A DNA stretch of 64,000 nucleotides from an uncultured Chthonomonadaceae bacterium (lineage in GTDB: Bacteria; Armatimonadota; Chthonomonadetes; Chthonomonadales; Chthonomonadaceae), in NCBI GenBank assembly GCA_963835065.1, contig CAWIEK010000037.1:160001-224000 (forward strand). Direction: 5' to 3'. A program made the translations under genes and the position numbers. This document shows, one piece after another, positions 1 to 9,020 of the stretch; within the stretch, counting starts at the first letter, position 1, and each line of letters opens with the position of its first letter. Below the pieces are notes generated by a model that saw nothing but the letters and a program-made list of their open reading frames with translations, made no database searches and was not told the DNA's origin.

Positions 1-465
1 CCTCTGGAGCAGGAGGGGTACGTGGTTGTGGATGGCGCGGGCAATCGCGTCAAGGTGAAGCATCCGCGTTATGTCGCGCTGCATCTGCTCAAGGAATCGT
101 TCAATTTGCGGGCGTATGTGGAGGTATTGCGGGCAGGCGAAACTCCCGAACTGCTCACGTACTTTCCCGAAATCGGGGCAGAGTATGCGCCGGTTCGCGC
201 CGCTTACGAAACCCTCGCGATGGAAATTGACGCCGATTACAGCCGTCTGCGCTCGCTTGACACGCAGAAAGAGTTCGCACAGGCCGCGCTCAAAACACGC
301 TGCTCCGCCGCGCTGTTCGCAATCCGGGCCGGCGATTGCCGCGATGCCCGCGACTACCTGAGCCGACGCGCCACCGTTGCTTCCGTAATGCGACTGCTTG
401 GGTTAAAGGAGGAACCACAGGCGGCAAACAAAAACGCCATAGAAGGGGAATTCAGTTCGTCTTAA
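1..465 (+). CDS. T4 Rnl1/RnlA-like RNA ligase, C-terminal part (5' end outside window)
   Basis: Frame from base 1 reads PLEQEGYVVVDGAGNRVKVKHPRYVALH: nucleotidyltransferase motif IV (EGYVV) and motif V (RVKVK..Y), then a helical C-domain. Confidence 0.7.
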   Translation, partial: PLEQEGYVVVDGAGNRVKVKHPRYVALHLLKESFNLRAYVEVLRAGETPELLTYFPEIGAEYAPVRAAYETLAMEIDADYSRLRSLDTQKEFAQAALKTRCSAALFAIRAGDCRDARDYLSRRATVASVMRLLGLKEEPQAANKNAIEGEFSSS

Positions 466-496
466 AAACTCACTGCTACCTGACGCAAAATCAAAC

Positions 497-562
497 AGCT
501 CTGCTTATACGAGCGGTACTGTTAGAGCTAAGACTATGAGTACCGCTCGTATAAGCAGAGCT
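497..562. terminator. Perfect 24-bp inverted repeat between convergent genes (bidirectional terminator-like)
   Basis: agctctgcttatacgagcggtact (497-520) / agtaccgctcgtataagcagagct (539-562), 18-nt loop. Confidence 0.6.
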
Positions 563-918
563 TAAGCAGACAATCGATGAGTCTGAACGAGTACGTCTCG
601 TACTCGTTCAACCAAGTGCTGCCAGTCAGACTTCCGATCAGTACGCAGATCGTGTTCTACTATAAGGCTGATGTGCAGCACTGATCGTAGAATACTTTCA
701 ACCTCACTGAAGTTCTCAAGAACCAATTCACATTCTTGCATGGCGAAGCATGAGTAGCATGTGCAGTTGCGCCGCTCATTTTCAGTTACAAGGGGTTGAC
801 CGCAGAAGCAGGTGAGATCCTCATCCCCTTCCCATTCAGGAACAGTGTTTTGATTCTGGAAATCGAAAGAAATGGTTTGAACCACTTCTGTTTGTGGTAA
901 ACTCTCAACAGGGAGCAT
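562..918 (-). CDS. Hypothetical small Cys-rich (putative Zn-binding) protein
   Basis: 118-aa ORF with CFCG...CTCYSC; GGAG RBS upstream; co-oriented downstream of the DGQHR gene. Confidence 0.6.
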   Translation of the reverse strand: MLPVESLPQTEVVQTISFDFQNQNTVPEWEGDEDLTCFCGQPLVTENERRNCTCYSCFAMQECELVLENFSEVESILRSVLHISLIVEHDLRTDRKSDWQHLVERVRDVLVQTHRLSA

Positions 919-940
919 GAGAAGTGTCTCCGTTCTTAAT

Positions 941-971
941 GAGGAAAGAGGACTCGACCTCCTCTTTCCTC
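941..971 (-). terminator. Intergenic hairpin after the DGQHR gene
   Basis: gaggaaagagg / cctctttcctc 11-bp stem. Confidence 0.45.
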
Positions 972-975
972 AAAG

Positions 976-2229
976 TTAAAATAGACGTGGCACGGGTTCG
1001 TCATTCTCAGGTAGATTGCCCTCCTTCTTATCTAATGATTTTTCAGCGTCGGTCAGTTCCAATCCGATTGCAACCTTCACATTACGTACAGCCTGCTTGA
1101 CAGGAAAGTTAGTAGTGTTGATTTTCAAGGTTTCACGGTTGACAATATTGTCTAACCACAGGTCGGATCTTCTGGTGAAATCCAACTCCCCTAGTTTCTG
1201 AATTAGTTCCTCTCGTTCGCTCCCTTCCTTAGTGTTAATGTAGTAGCCAGTTCTGCTAATCACCTGCAACCCTGTTGCCGTTAGATGAACGTTATCCTCA
1301 CGGAGTTTTGGTATGGAATTCTCCTCGGGGCCGGGCTTCGCATTGCTGTCAGCGATTAACTGCCACACGCTGTTGTATGTAGTAAACCGCTGGTAAAAAT
1401 CTATGATGTTGCGAACGTACTGATCGCCTGCTGGACCATCAAGACGTTCGGCAACGTACCGTGCTAAAGCATCACGGTTTTGTATGGAATTTCCTAACAA
1501 AATTTCAGCAGCACAATAGCGAATCTGGTTCAGAGTGAACAGCTTGATTGAGGTTTTGCCTATGCTCTGGGCCATTTCATCAATTCTGCCTCTGAAAAAG
1601 TCGACTTCCTTAGTGATGCGCTGTATCAACGGAAACAGCTTACTACGAGTGTCGAACGCAGCCAACATTGACTTGGGAATCTCTTTAGTCTGTGCGCAGT
1701 CGGCAAAATCCTGATGAACTTTAGTAATTTCTTCTTCCAAAACTAAAGTAATGCTGATGGCATCATCTTGCAATTCTGGCTTTGCTTCAATGGCTCGTTC
1801 GATTGCTTTGATGCGGTGTTGTCCATCGGTGACATAGAATTGGTAGCCACGAGGCACAATAACAATGACGTTCACCACAGGTGCTTGCGTTTTAGTGGTG
1901 AAACACTTCAAGGATTTGTCTACGTTGAGTGTAACTGGTGGAAGAATGTAGTGTTCTTCACTTATCAAGTATTCGCTGATACTTTTAACGTGGTCTGGAA
2001 TGAGAGGCCGGTTACGCCTTTCAGAGATACTCACAGTGGACTTGGAAGGAGACTCGATGCGTACCAACCGAATAACTTCGTGCATTGGCAGGCTAGTACT
2101 TATCATTCGTCGTCCTCCTTGTTGGTACAAGGCTCCGGGAATTGCAATGCCTCTCGTAGCCATTGCTTCATCGTTGGCTGCTTGTTGGGCGTCTGCAAAG
2201 GTGTTACAGTACTGAATGTTATCTTCCAT
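976..2229 (-). CDS. DGQHR-domain protein (DndB-like, ParB superfamily)
   Basis: NRPLIPDHVKSISEYL, ILPPVTLN, VTDGQHRIKAIE, QDFADC motifs; GAGGAGG RBS before ATG at 2229. Confidence 0.85.
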   Translation of the reverse strand: MEDNIQYCNTFADAQQAANDEAMATRGIAIPGALYQQGGRRMISTSLPMHEVIRLVRIESPSKSTVSISERRNRPLIPDHVKSISEYLISEEHYILPPVTLNVDKSLKCFTTKTQAPVVNVIVIVPRGYQFYVTDGQHRIKAIERAIEAKPELQDDAISITLVLEEEITKVHQDFADCAQTKEIPKSMLAAFDTRSKLFPLIQRITKEVDFFRGRIDEMAQSIGKTSIKLFTLNQIRYCAAEILLGNSIQNRDALARYVAERLDGPAGDQYVRNIIDFYQRFTTYNSVWQLIADSNAKPGPEENSIPKLREDNVHLTATGLQVISRTGYYINTKEGSEREELIQKLGELDFTRRSDLWLDNIVNRETLKINTTNFPVKQAVRNVKVAIGLELTDAEKSLDKKEGNLPENDEPVPRLF

Positions 2230-2257
2230 GTTCGTGCCTCCTCGTTTGAATGAGAAC

Positions 2258-2287
2258 ATTATACATCTGAATGGAAGTAGCTGTCAA
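2258..2287 (-). promoter_or_regulatory. Consensus sigma70 promoter of the DGQHR gene
   Basis: TTGACA-N18-TATAAT on the minus strand. Confidence 0.75.
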
Positions 2288-2396
2288 GGATTTGAAACTA
2301 TAAAAACGGACATATTTGACCGTTTTTTTATAAAAAATGGTCGGATATGTCCGTTATATGCAAAATAAGGCTATTTGAGGTGTTTCACAGCCCTAC

Positions 2397-2678
2397 TCAG
2401 GCATCTACTCTGCTCATCAAAGAGTGAATTACTACATGCCTGTTGGCATAGCCAATTCGAGCGGAGAAGGCAACTGGTAGATAGAATTCTTCTCTAGCAC
2501 GGGCACAATCTTCCATCAACGATAACTGCTCAAACCCGTCAATGATGCCCAAATCGTCAGGATGTTCTTCAACCCAGTGTTTCAGGGCTGTAGTCGCTGT
2601 TGTTATTTCCGGCAGGGTTGTTGCTGTCAACACCTGAACTATCAACTGTTGGCGCTCTTTACTTTCCAGATAATTCAT
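2397..2678 (-). CDS. Hypothetical small protein coupled to the HEXXH gene
   Basis: 93-aa ORF; 4-nt ATGA overlap with 2675..3259. Confidence 0.6.
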   Translation of the reverse strand: MNYLESKERQQLIVQVLTATTLPEITTATTALKHWVEEHPDDLGIIDGFEQLSLMEDCARAREEFYLPVAFSARIGYANRHVVIHSLMSRVDA

Positions 2679-3259
2679 CTTAGTTGTCCTTTCAACTTCT
2701 GATTGGAGGAAGACAAAACTGTCAGCGCCTGTTTACGGTGATCAGGTTCAAGCGCAAGCGCTTGTTTCAGTAAAGAAGCGTTTCTATCCCGAATCGGAGT
2801 ACGCAGTAGATCAAGATAAAACTCTTGCTCTTGTGTACCCAATACGGAGCGAATTTGTTCAAGAGCATCAATGTAAACGTTGAACAGATGCGTTTGATCG
2901 GTAGACTGGAAGAAATTCTCTTCAACGGTGACACCAAGCGTTTGTAAGACCGTAGGCCGCACAATACGCTGAAGTTTTTCAACAACCCCTTCTTCCCACC
3001 CCCTATTTGCTTCAAAGTCAAGCCGGTTATATCCGGCGGAAAGCGCATGAAGAACCTCGTGGATTAGCGTTCGCCAGCGCAGGTTCTGTTCCGCTAACAT
3101 CGCATTTATCAGGATGCTGCAAGTAAACGGCTTTTTGCCATGAAAGTTGGCGTTCGTTATCAATTCGACTGTGCCGTTCCAATTGGAAGCAAGTCCGGTG
3201 ATTTGTTCGAGAAGGATTGTAATCTGTTGCAGTTCAGCTGCGATAAGTTCGGTGTTCAT
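2675..3259 (-). CDS. HEXXH zincin-like metallopeptidase-domain protein
   Basis: RWRTLIHEVLHALS plus downstream WEEGVVE (candidate third Zn ligand). Confidence 0.6.
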   Translation of the reverse strand: MNTELIAAELQQITILLEQITGLASNWNGTVELITNANFHGKKPFTCSILINAMLAEQNLRWRTLIHEVLHALSAGYNRLDFEANRGWEEGVVEKLQRIVRPTVLQTLGVTVEENFFQSTDQTHLFNVYIDALEQIRSVLGTQEQEFYLDLLRTPIRDRNASLLKQALALEPDHRKQALTVLSSSNQKLKGQLR

Positions 3260-3340
3260 AATTTGCTCGGTTGAATGTGGGTTGATTGTATTGTACCCGA
3301 TTTGTCGGCGTTGCTTTTGAATCTGCCTGCCGTTTACCCC

Positions 3341-3369
3341 TTGACGGAACGCCCCGAAAATTGTATACT
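3341..3369 (+). promoter_or_regulatory. sigma70 promoter of mutS (probably leaderless)
   Basis: TTGACG-N17-TATACT; ATG at 3377 follows after 7 nt with no SD. Confidence 0.6.
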
Positions 3370-3376
3370 CGTTTGC

Positions 3377-6189
3377 ATGTCAGACACCACTTCCAACAAT
3401 CAACCAATCTCAAATGACGCGGCTGCCGTGCCCGTCAACACTACGCCTGCGCCTGCGAATGTTGCCGCGCCGGGTGTTAATCCCGCGCCCGGAGTGACGC
3501 CGCCCAAGCGCCCGGCTCCCGAATCGGTTCCCAAAGATTATGAGGGCAGTACGCCGCTGATGAAGCAGTATTTCGCCACCTGTCAGGAGCATCCCGGCAT
3601 CATTTTGCTGATGCGCGTGGGTGACTTTTACGAAGCGTATGGCGAAGCGGCGGAAATCATTGCCCGCGACCTGAACATCACGCTGACCGGGCGCGAGGAT
3701 GGCGGCGTCCGCGTCCCGATGGCGGGCGTCCCGCACCACGCGACGGAGCGTTACGTCGCCCGCCTGATCCACAAGGGGCGGCGTATCGCCATCATGGATC
3801 AGGTGGAAGACCCCAAGTACGCCAAAGGGCTGGTCAAGCGCAAGGTGACGCGGGTTGTCACGCCGGGAACCGTGCTTGAAGACAACATGCTCGACGCTAA
3901 AAGCAACAACTACCTTGTGGCGGCGGTTGTCGGCGACCCGGTTGCGGGCGTGGGCATTGTGGACGTGTCTACGGGCGAGTTTTTGACAACCGAAATCAGC
4001 GGCGAACGGCGCGTAGAATCGCTTGCTGGACGAAATCATGCGTTTGGAACCGGCGGAAATTCTGGTTTCCCCGGACGCCGATCCCAAATCTTGTGGACGA
4101 AATCCGGGCGTCGTGTTCGGGAACGGTCACGGTTGTGGAAAGGCAGGAAGGCAAACGGCAAAAGGCGGAAGGCAATAGCCGCGAGATGCTGCTGTCCCAT
4201 TTCGGAACCCAATCCCTGCGCGGTTTCGGCTGCGAGGAGTACACAGCGGGACTGGACGCCTGCGCCCTTGTTCTCCGCTACCTGCGCGATACGCAGGTGA
4301 ACGCCCTGCCGCATATCCGCAGTCTCAGCACCTATTCCGCCCGCGAGTTTATGATGCTGGACGGCCCCGCCCGGCGGCATCTGGAACTGACGCAGGCGAT
4401 GGGCGAAGGCGGCAGGCAGCGCACTCTGCTTGCCAGTCTGGACGAAACCCTGACGCCGATGGGCGGGCGCTTGCTGCGCCGTTGGCTGGAAGAGCCGCTC
4501 CTGGACGTGACCCGCATCACGCGGCGTCTGGATGCTGTCGAGGAACTCAGTCGTGACGTGATCAGGCGGGGCGATGTGCGCGAACTGTTGCGCGGCATGG
4601 GCGACATCGAGCGCCTTGTCAGCCGCGCGGCTGCGGGCATGGCGAACGGGCGCGACTTGATTGCCCTGAAAAACGCCCTATTGCGCCTGCCCGATCTGGC
4701 CGACCTGCTGGAAGGCGTCCAATCCGAAAAACTCAGCGAACTGGCGCACCGCCTGTCCTGCCCGCCCGACGTGGCGCAGCGCATTGCCGAGGCGATAACC
4801 GATGATCCGCCCGCCGGATTGAGCGAAGGCGGCCTGATACGTCCGGGCTATAATGCGGTGTTGGACAAAATTCAGGAAGAAAGCGCGAACGCCAAAGCGT
4901 TTATCGCCAATCTGGAAACTTCCGAGCGACAGCGAACGGGCATTAACAGTCTTAAAGTGGGCTACAATGCCGTGTTCGGCTATTACATCGAGGTTACAAA
5001 AACCCATTTAAGCAAAGTGCCACTCAACTACACGCGCAAGCAGACCATTTCTACCGGAGAACGCTATATCACGGAAGAATTGGTAAATCAGGCAAAACTC
5101 GTATCTAAGGCAGAAGAACAAAGCGTAGAATTGGAATACGAGTTGTTTCTGGCCGTCCGGGAGCGGGTTGCGGAAGCGGCGACGGACGTGCTTGCCGTTG
5201 CCCGCGCCGTCGCCGAATTGGACGTGTTTACCGGTTTTGCCGAAACCGCCGTGCGCCATCATTATGTACGGCCTCTTGTGGATGATGAAGACCGGATTGA
5301 AATCGCGGGCGGGCGGCATCCCGTGATTGAGCGCATCGGCAGCGTCCTGGGCATCGGCGGCGAGTACATTCCCAACGACTGCAAACTGGACGATGATTGC
5401 CGCATGGTCATTATCACCGGCCCGAACATGAGCGGCAAATCCTCCTACCTGCGCCAAATCGCCCTGATCGTCCTGCTCGCGCAAATCGGCAGTTTCGTGC
5501 CTGCGGACGGCGCGACGATTGGCGTGGTAGACCGCATTTTTACCCGCGTCGGCGCCCATGACGAACTGGCAAGCGGGCAGTCTACGTTCATGGTGGAAAT
5601 GAACGAAACCGCCAGCATCCTCAACAACGCCACCAGCCGCAGCCTTGTCGTATTGGACGAAATCGGGCGCGGAACCAGCACGTATGACGGCCTTTCCATT
5701 GCGTGGGCGGTTGCCGAACACCTGACGCGCATCGGCTGCAAAACCCTGTTCGCCACGCATTACCACCACCTCAACGAACTGGCGAAGCACTTCCCAACCG
5801 TGCATAACTACCGCGTCGCCGTGAAGGAGCAGGGCGACAGCATCATCTGGCTGCGCAAACTGGTTCCCGGTGGCACGGACCGGAGTTACGGCATACAGGT
5901 GGCGCGAATGGCGGGCGTCCCGCAGGAAGTGGTCGAACGCGCCAAAGAAGTGCTGAAAGGTTTGGAGCGAGGCAGCGCGGGCGCAACCCGCGACATCATC
6001 GGGCAAACGGGCGAAAACGGAACCGGTATCGCGCCCCGCAAGCAGAAGGTGCAAATGACGCTCTTCGAGGCCGAAAAGCACCCCGTTTTGGAGGAACTGG
6101 AAACGCTGGACGTAACTTCCCTCACGCCCGTGGAAGCCCTGATGAAACTCGACGAACTCAAGCGCCGCCTCAAGCGCCAATCGCAATAA
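3377..6189 (+). CDS. mutS: DNA mismatch repair protein MutS (frameshifts near 4022 and 4088)
   Basis: TPLMKQY, RVGDFYE, ITGPNMSGKS, STFMVEM, LDEIGRGTST, FATHYH, SYGIQVA; split over ORFs 3275..4300 and 4093..6189. Confidence 0.95.
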
Positions 6190-6206
6190 GTAAGGAGAAA
6201 ACGGCC

Positions 6207-6509
6207 ATGACAATTATGCTGGAATTGACACCGGAGGTAGAGGCACAACTGACTCGACAAGCGCGTCAGGAAGGTCTCTTAGTTAAGGAGTATGTGCAGC
6301 GCGCGGTGGAACAACTGGTAAAACCAAAGGAGTTTGACATAAATGCTTTTCTTGCGCTCCCGCGTGACGAGCAGGATTACATTCTGGCAACTGCCGCCGA
6401 AGACGCCGCGCCCCTGTATGCCGCAGACCTCGCGTTGCCTGTAACCGAACGGGAACTAACCGCGTTTACGGCGCTGGATGGAGAACCTTTTCATGACGAC
6501 AACTTCTGA
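6207..6509 (+). CDS. Putative antitoxin (RHH-like N-terminus)
   Basis: MTIMLELTPEVEAQLTRQARQEG; AGGAG RBS; overlaps the PemK gene. Confidence 0.7.
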   Translation: MTIMLELTPEVEAQLTRQARQEGLLVKEYVQRAVEQLVKPKEFDINAFLALPRDEQDYILATAAEDAAPLYAADLALPVTERELTAFTALDGEPFHDDNF

Positions 6510-6846
6510 TCCCGTTCGTGGCGAGATATGGCGCGTCAACTTGGAACCCACACAGGGCGATGAAATGGGTAAGACACGTCCTATTGTTGTTCTGAGCGGC
6601 AAAAGCATTGGGCGTCTTGCTTTACGGATTGTGGTTCCTTTGACGGATTGGAAAGATCGTTACGCCGCCTATGTCTGGATGACACGGCTGGAACCGGACG
6701 CCACCAATAATCTGACAAAAACATCAGCGGCAGATGCGTTTCAAGTGCGTTCCGTATCTGTATCCCGTTTTGTGGAGTACGTCGGCATTCTGCCGGATGA
6801 GCGATTGGACCGAGTCTGGAAGTCGCTGAGTATATGTACGCGCTGA
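6493..6846 (+). CDS. PemK/MazF family toxin
   Basis: RGEIWRVNLEPTQGDEMGKTRPIVVLS, VVPLT, SAADAFQVRSVS. Confidence 0.9.
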   Translation: MTTTSDPVRGEIWRVNLEPTQGDEMGKTRPIVVLSGKSIGRLALRIVVPLTDWKDRYAAYVWMTRLEPDATNNLTKTSAADAFQVRSVSVSRFVEYVGILPDERLDRVWKSLSICTR

Positions 6847-6934
6847 GTCACTAAAGCAGGGCAAAATCTTGATCGGGACTACTTTGAATTTATTTGCTGT
6901 ATACTCATACAACCACAATGGAGGAAACAGCGTA

Positions 6935-7324
6935 TTGGCAACATGGCAGGAATTGAGTTCGGATTGTCTTCGCTCTGCGAAAGTGCTGCTCGACAATGGC
7001 TTGCTGCGTCGAAGTATCAGCAGCGCGTACTATGCGGCCTACTGCGCTGTCACAAGCCATCTTGTCGCGCACGGGGTTGATTTCGCGCATGGCTGGAACA
7101 ATCCCGCGCATGAACAGTTGCCGAATCTGGTGCTGAACAACACGACTTTGCCGCGTAACACTCGTTATCAAATCAACAAAGCCATTCGCCGCCTGCGCAT
7201 GGCGCGTGAGGATGCGGATTACAGACCTGCGGTGATAATTGACCGCAGACGGGCGCTTGATTGTCTGCATGACGCGGGTGATGTGCTGCAACTATTGGGG
7301 GTAAACGTAAATGGAACTGAATAG
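6935..7324 (+). CDS. HEPN domain protein
   Basis: SISSAYYAAY and REDADY motifs; GGAGG RBS before TTG at 6935. Confidence 0.8.
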   Translation: MATWQELSSDCLRSAKVLLDNGLLRRSISSAYYAAYCAVTSHLVAHGVDFAHGWNNPAHEQLPNLVLNNTTLPRNTRYQINKAIRRLRMAREDADYRPAVIIDRRRALDCLHDAGDVLQLLGVNVNGTE

Positions 7325-7577
7325 AAATAGTGTCGCGCAGAAAGTGCGCGAGTACCTGCAAAATCATCATCCCGGCGGCGTGACGCTGGAAGTGGTTGAA
7401 AACGACATTCATCAAGTGGACTACTGGTGGCGCGTTCCCGTGCGTCCGAGCGCGTGGCCTTTGAAGCGGTACGAATACTACGAGGCGCTGGCCGATATTG
7501 AAAGCGACATTCAGGAGAAGGAACACCTCAACATCTTGATTGCGACCGGGGAACCTTTAGAAGCAGAAGCGGCTTGA
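7311..7577 (+). CDS. Small acidic HEPN partner protein, copy 1
   Basis: 88 aa, overlaps the HEPN stop; paralogous to the next ORF. Confidence 0.7.
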   Translation: MELNRNSVAQKVREYLQNHHPGGVTLEVVENDIHQVDYWWRVPVRPSAWPLKRYEYYEALADIESDIQEKEHLNILIATGEPLEAEAA

Positions 7578-7579
7578 CA

Positions 7580-7912
7580 ATGGATACATTATCGCGCATT
7601 GAACTGAATGCGTAATCCGCCGTGCAGCAAGTACGTGATTTGTTACCGACTCAAGAAGTGGGTGGGATTACGTTGCGCATCATGGAGGAGTATGTTTACT
7701 CACAACATAAATTCTGGCACGTTCCCGTTCGACCCAACGCCGCCCCTTGCAACTTGTCGGAACTAATCGAAACTCTTGCGGAAATAGAAACCACGCTGCA
7801 ACTGGACTACGGATTAAACATCATGATTGATCCTGTTGACCCGGAGCCGGCGGAAAGCGGCGCAGAGGTTGAAAACAGCCAGCCGGAGTTTGCCTCAACC
7901 TCTGCCGCCTGA
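7580..7912 (+). CDS. Small acidic HEPN partner paralog, copy 2 (5' end possibly frameshifted)
   Basis: GGITLRIM..WHVPVRP..ETLAEIE..LNIMI aligns with GGVTLEVV..WRVPVRP..EALADIE..LNILI of copy 1. Confidence 0.6.
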
Positions 7913-7918
7913 CGTTTA

Positions 7919-8374
7919 CTATTCCTGTAGCGAAGGAACTTTGCCGCCTTTGCCTTCCACTTCGCTTTGGATGGATTGCAGGGCGGTTTGCAGTTCCTCG
8001 TTGATGGTTGCGTCACGATCCCCCGTGCTTTTTTCCAGATTGGCGCTGATGTGGGGTGGGGGCGCAAAGGAGAGATGCACGGTTACTTTGGATTGGCCGT
8101 CGCCCGCGTCCCCAACCTGCATCCAGCCGGAATACGCATGTTCGCCGTCCGAACCCCATTCCAGGCGCAGGGCGGCATGGTCGGCGTGTAAATGTCCGTC
8201 CGAGTCGTAGTGGTGGCCTTTGGCATCGCCCTCCATGTGAACCCGCTCCCCTTCCTCCGGTTCGGCGCGTTTCACGGTGGGCAGGTATTTGGGCATGTTG
8301 TGTACGTCGGCGATAAAGTCGAACACGACATCCGGCGCGGCGTGTACGGTCAGGCTCTGCTCGTATTCAGGCAT
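7919..8374 (-). CDS. SRPBCC (polyketide cyclase/START-like) family protein
   Basis: EQSLTVHAAPDVVFDFIADVHNMPKYLP; GGAGGAG RBS. Confidence 0.85.
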   Translation of the reverse strand: MPEYEQSLTVHAAPDVVFDFIADVHNMPKYLPTVKRAEPEEGERVHMEGDAKGHHYDSDGHLHADHAALRLEWGSDGEHAYSGWMQVGDAGDGQSKVTVHLSFAPPPHISANLEKSTGDRDATINEELQTALQSIQSEVEGKGGKVPSLQE

Positions 8375-8485
8375 GGAATTCTCCTCCACATTCCGGCAAA
8401 ATTCTGGCAAACAGTTCCGCCTGCCGCAATTTATTTTATTGCGGCAGGCGGAAGCGCGTTCAAACACGATAAGATGAGCGCGTAA

Positions 8486-8824
8486 CTACTGCGAACCGCC
8501 GCCAGCCTTGCGGGCATCAATTTGATTCAGCAGGGCGACCATGTTGTTGAGAGTGGTGTTGGCGCGGTCAATGTTGGCCTGCGTCGCCGCCGTGTTGTTC
8601 TGGGCGCTCGGCGCCATGTTGTTGGACATCATGGTGGTGTTCATCATGGCATCGCGCTTTTCGGCTTTGCGCTCGGCCTTGCGCGCCTGGCGCGCGGGCT
8701 TGGACATCGCCTTTTTCTCCTGCTTGGAGGGTTTGGGCGTGTTGTTCTGGGCGCAAACGGGCGCAATGGCGACTGCCGCCAGCAGGCCGGTCAGGGCGAA
8801 AGCAAAAGGACGCATTTTCGTCAT
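8486..8824 (-). CDS. Small secreted hypothetical protein
   Basis: Signal peptide MTKMRPFAFALTGLLAAVAIAPVCA; AGGAG RBS. Confidence 0.65.
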   Translation of the reverse strand: MTKMRPFAFALTGLLAAVAIAPVCAQNNTPKPSKQEKKAMSKPARQARKAERKAEKRDAMMNTTMMSNNMAPSAQNNTAATQANIDRANTTLNNMVALLNQIDARKAGGGSQ

Positions 8825-8940
8825 GTTCGTTACTCCTGTGAAAGTGTGTGTCGAGTGTGTATCGAAAGAAAAGAGACAAGCGTACAGCAAGTATTATAGT
8901 ATACCCGGCGATTGGAAGTCAAGAGGGGAAGGAACAGTGA

Positions 8941-9020
8941 GGAACGATGAATGATGAACGATGAGTGATGAGTGAGAATTTGTATTCCATTCATCATTCA
9001 TCACTCAGCACTCATCACTC
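8941..9020. repeat. Inverted pair of heptamer tandem arrays (gatgaat/gatgagt)
   Basis: gatgaatgatgaacgatgagtgatgagt ... attcatcattcatcactcagcactcatcactc. Confidence 0.8.

Noticed and set aside
976..2229. Complete phosphorothioation (dnd) system
   Set aside because: Only a DndB-like gene is present; no DndA/C/D/E or Ssp motifs in the window.
4020..4095. Programmed frameshifting or phase variation in mutS
   Set aside because: No slippery or homopolymer tract at the junctions, and similar indels occur throughout the window, which fits assembly error.
5008..6213. Long antisense ORFs (e.g. 5008..6213, 30013..31083, 41645..42721, 51038..52411, 55479..56834, 60089..61231)
   Set aside because: Shadows of well-supported genes on the opposite strand in GC-rich DNA; no recognisable motifs.
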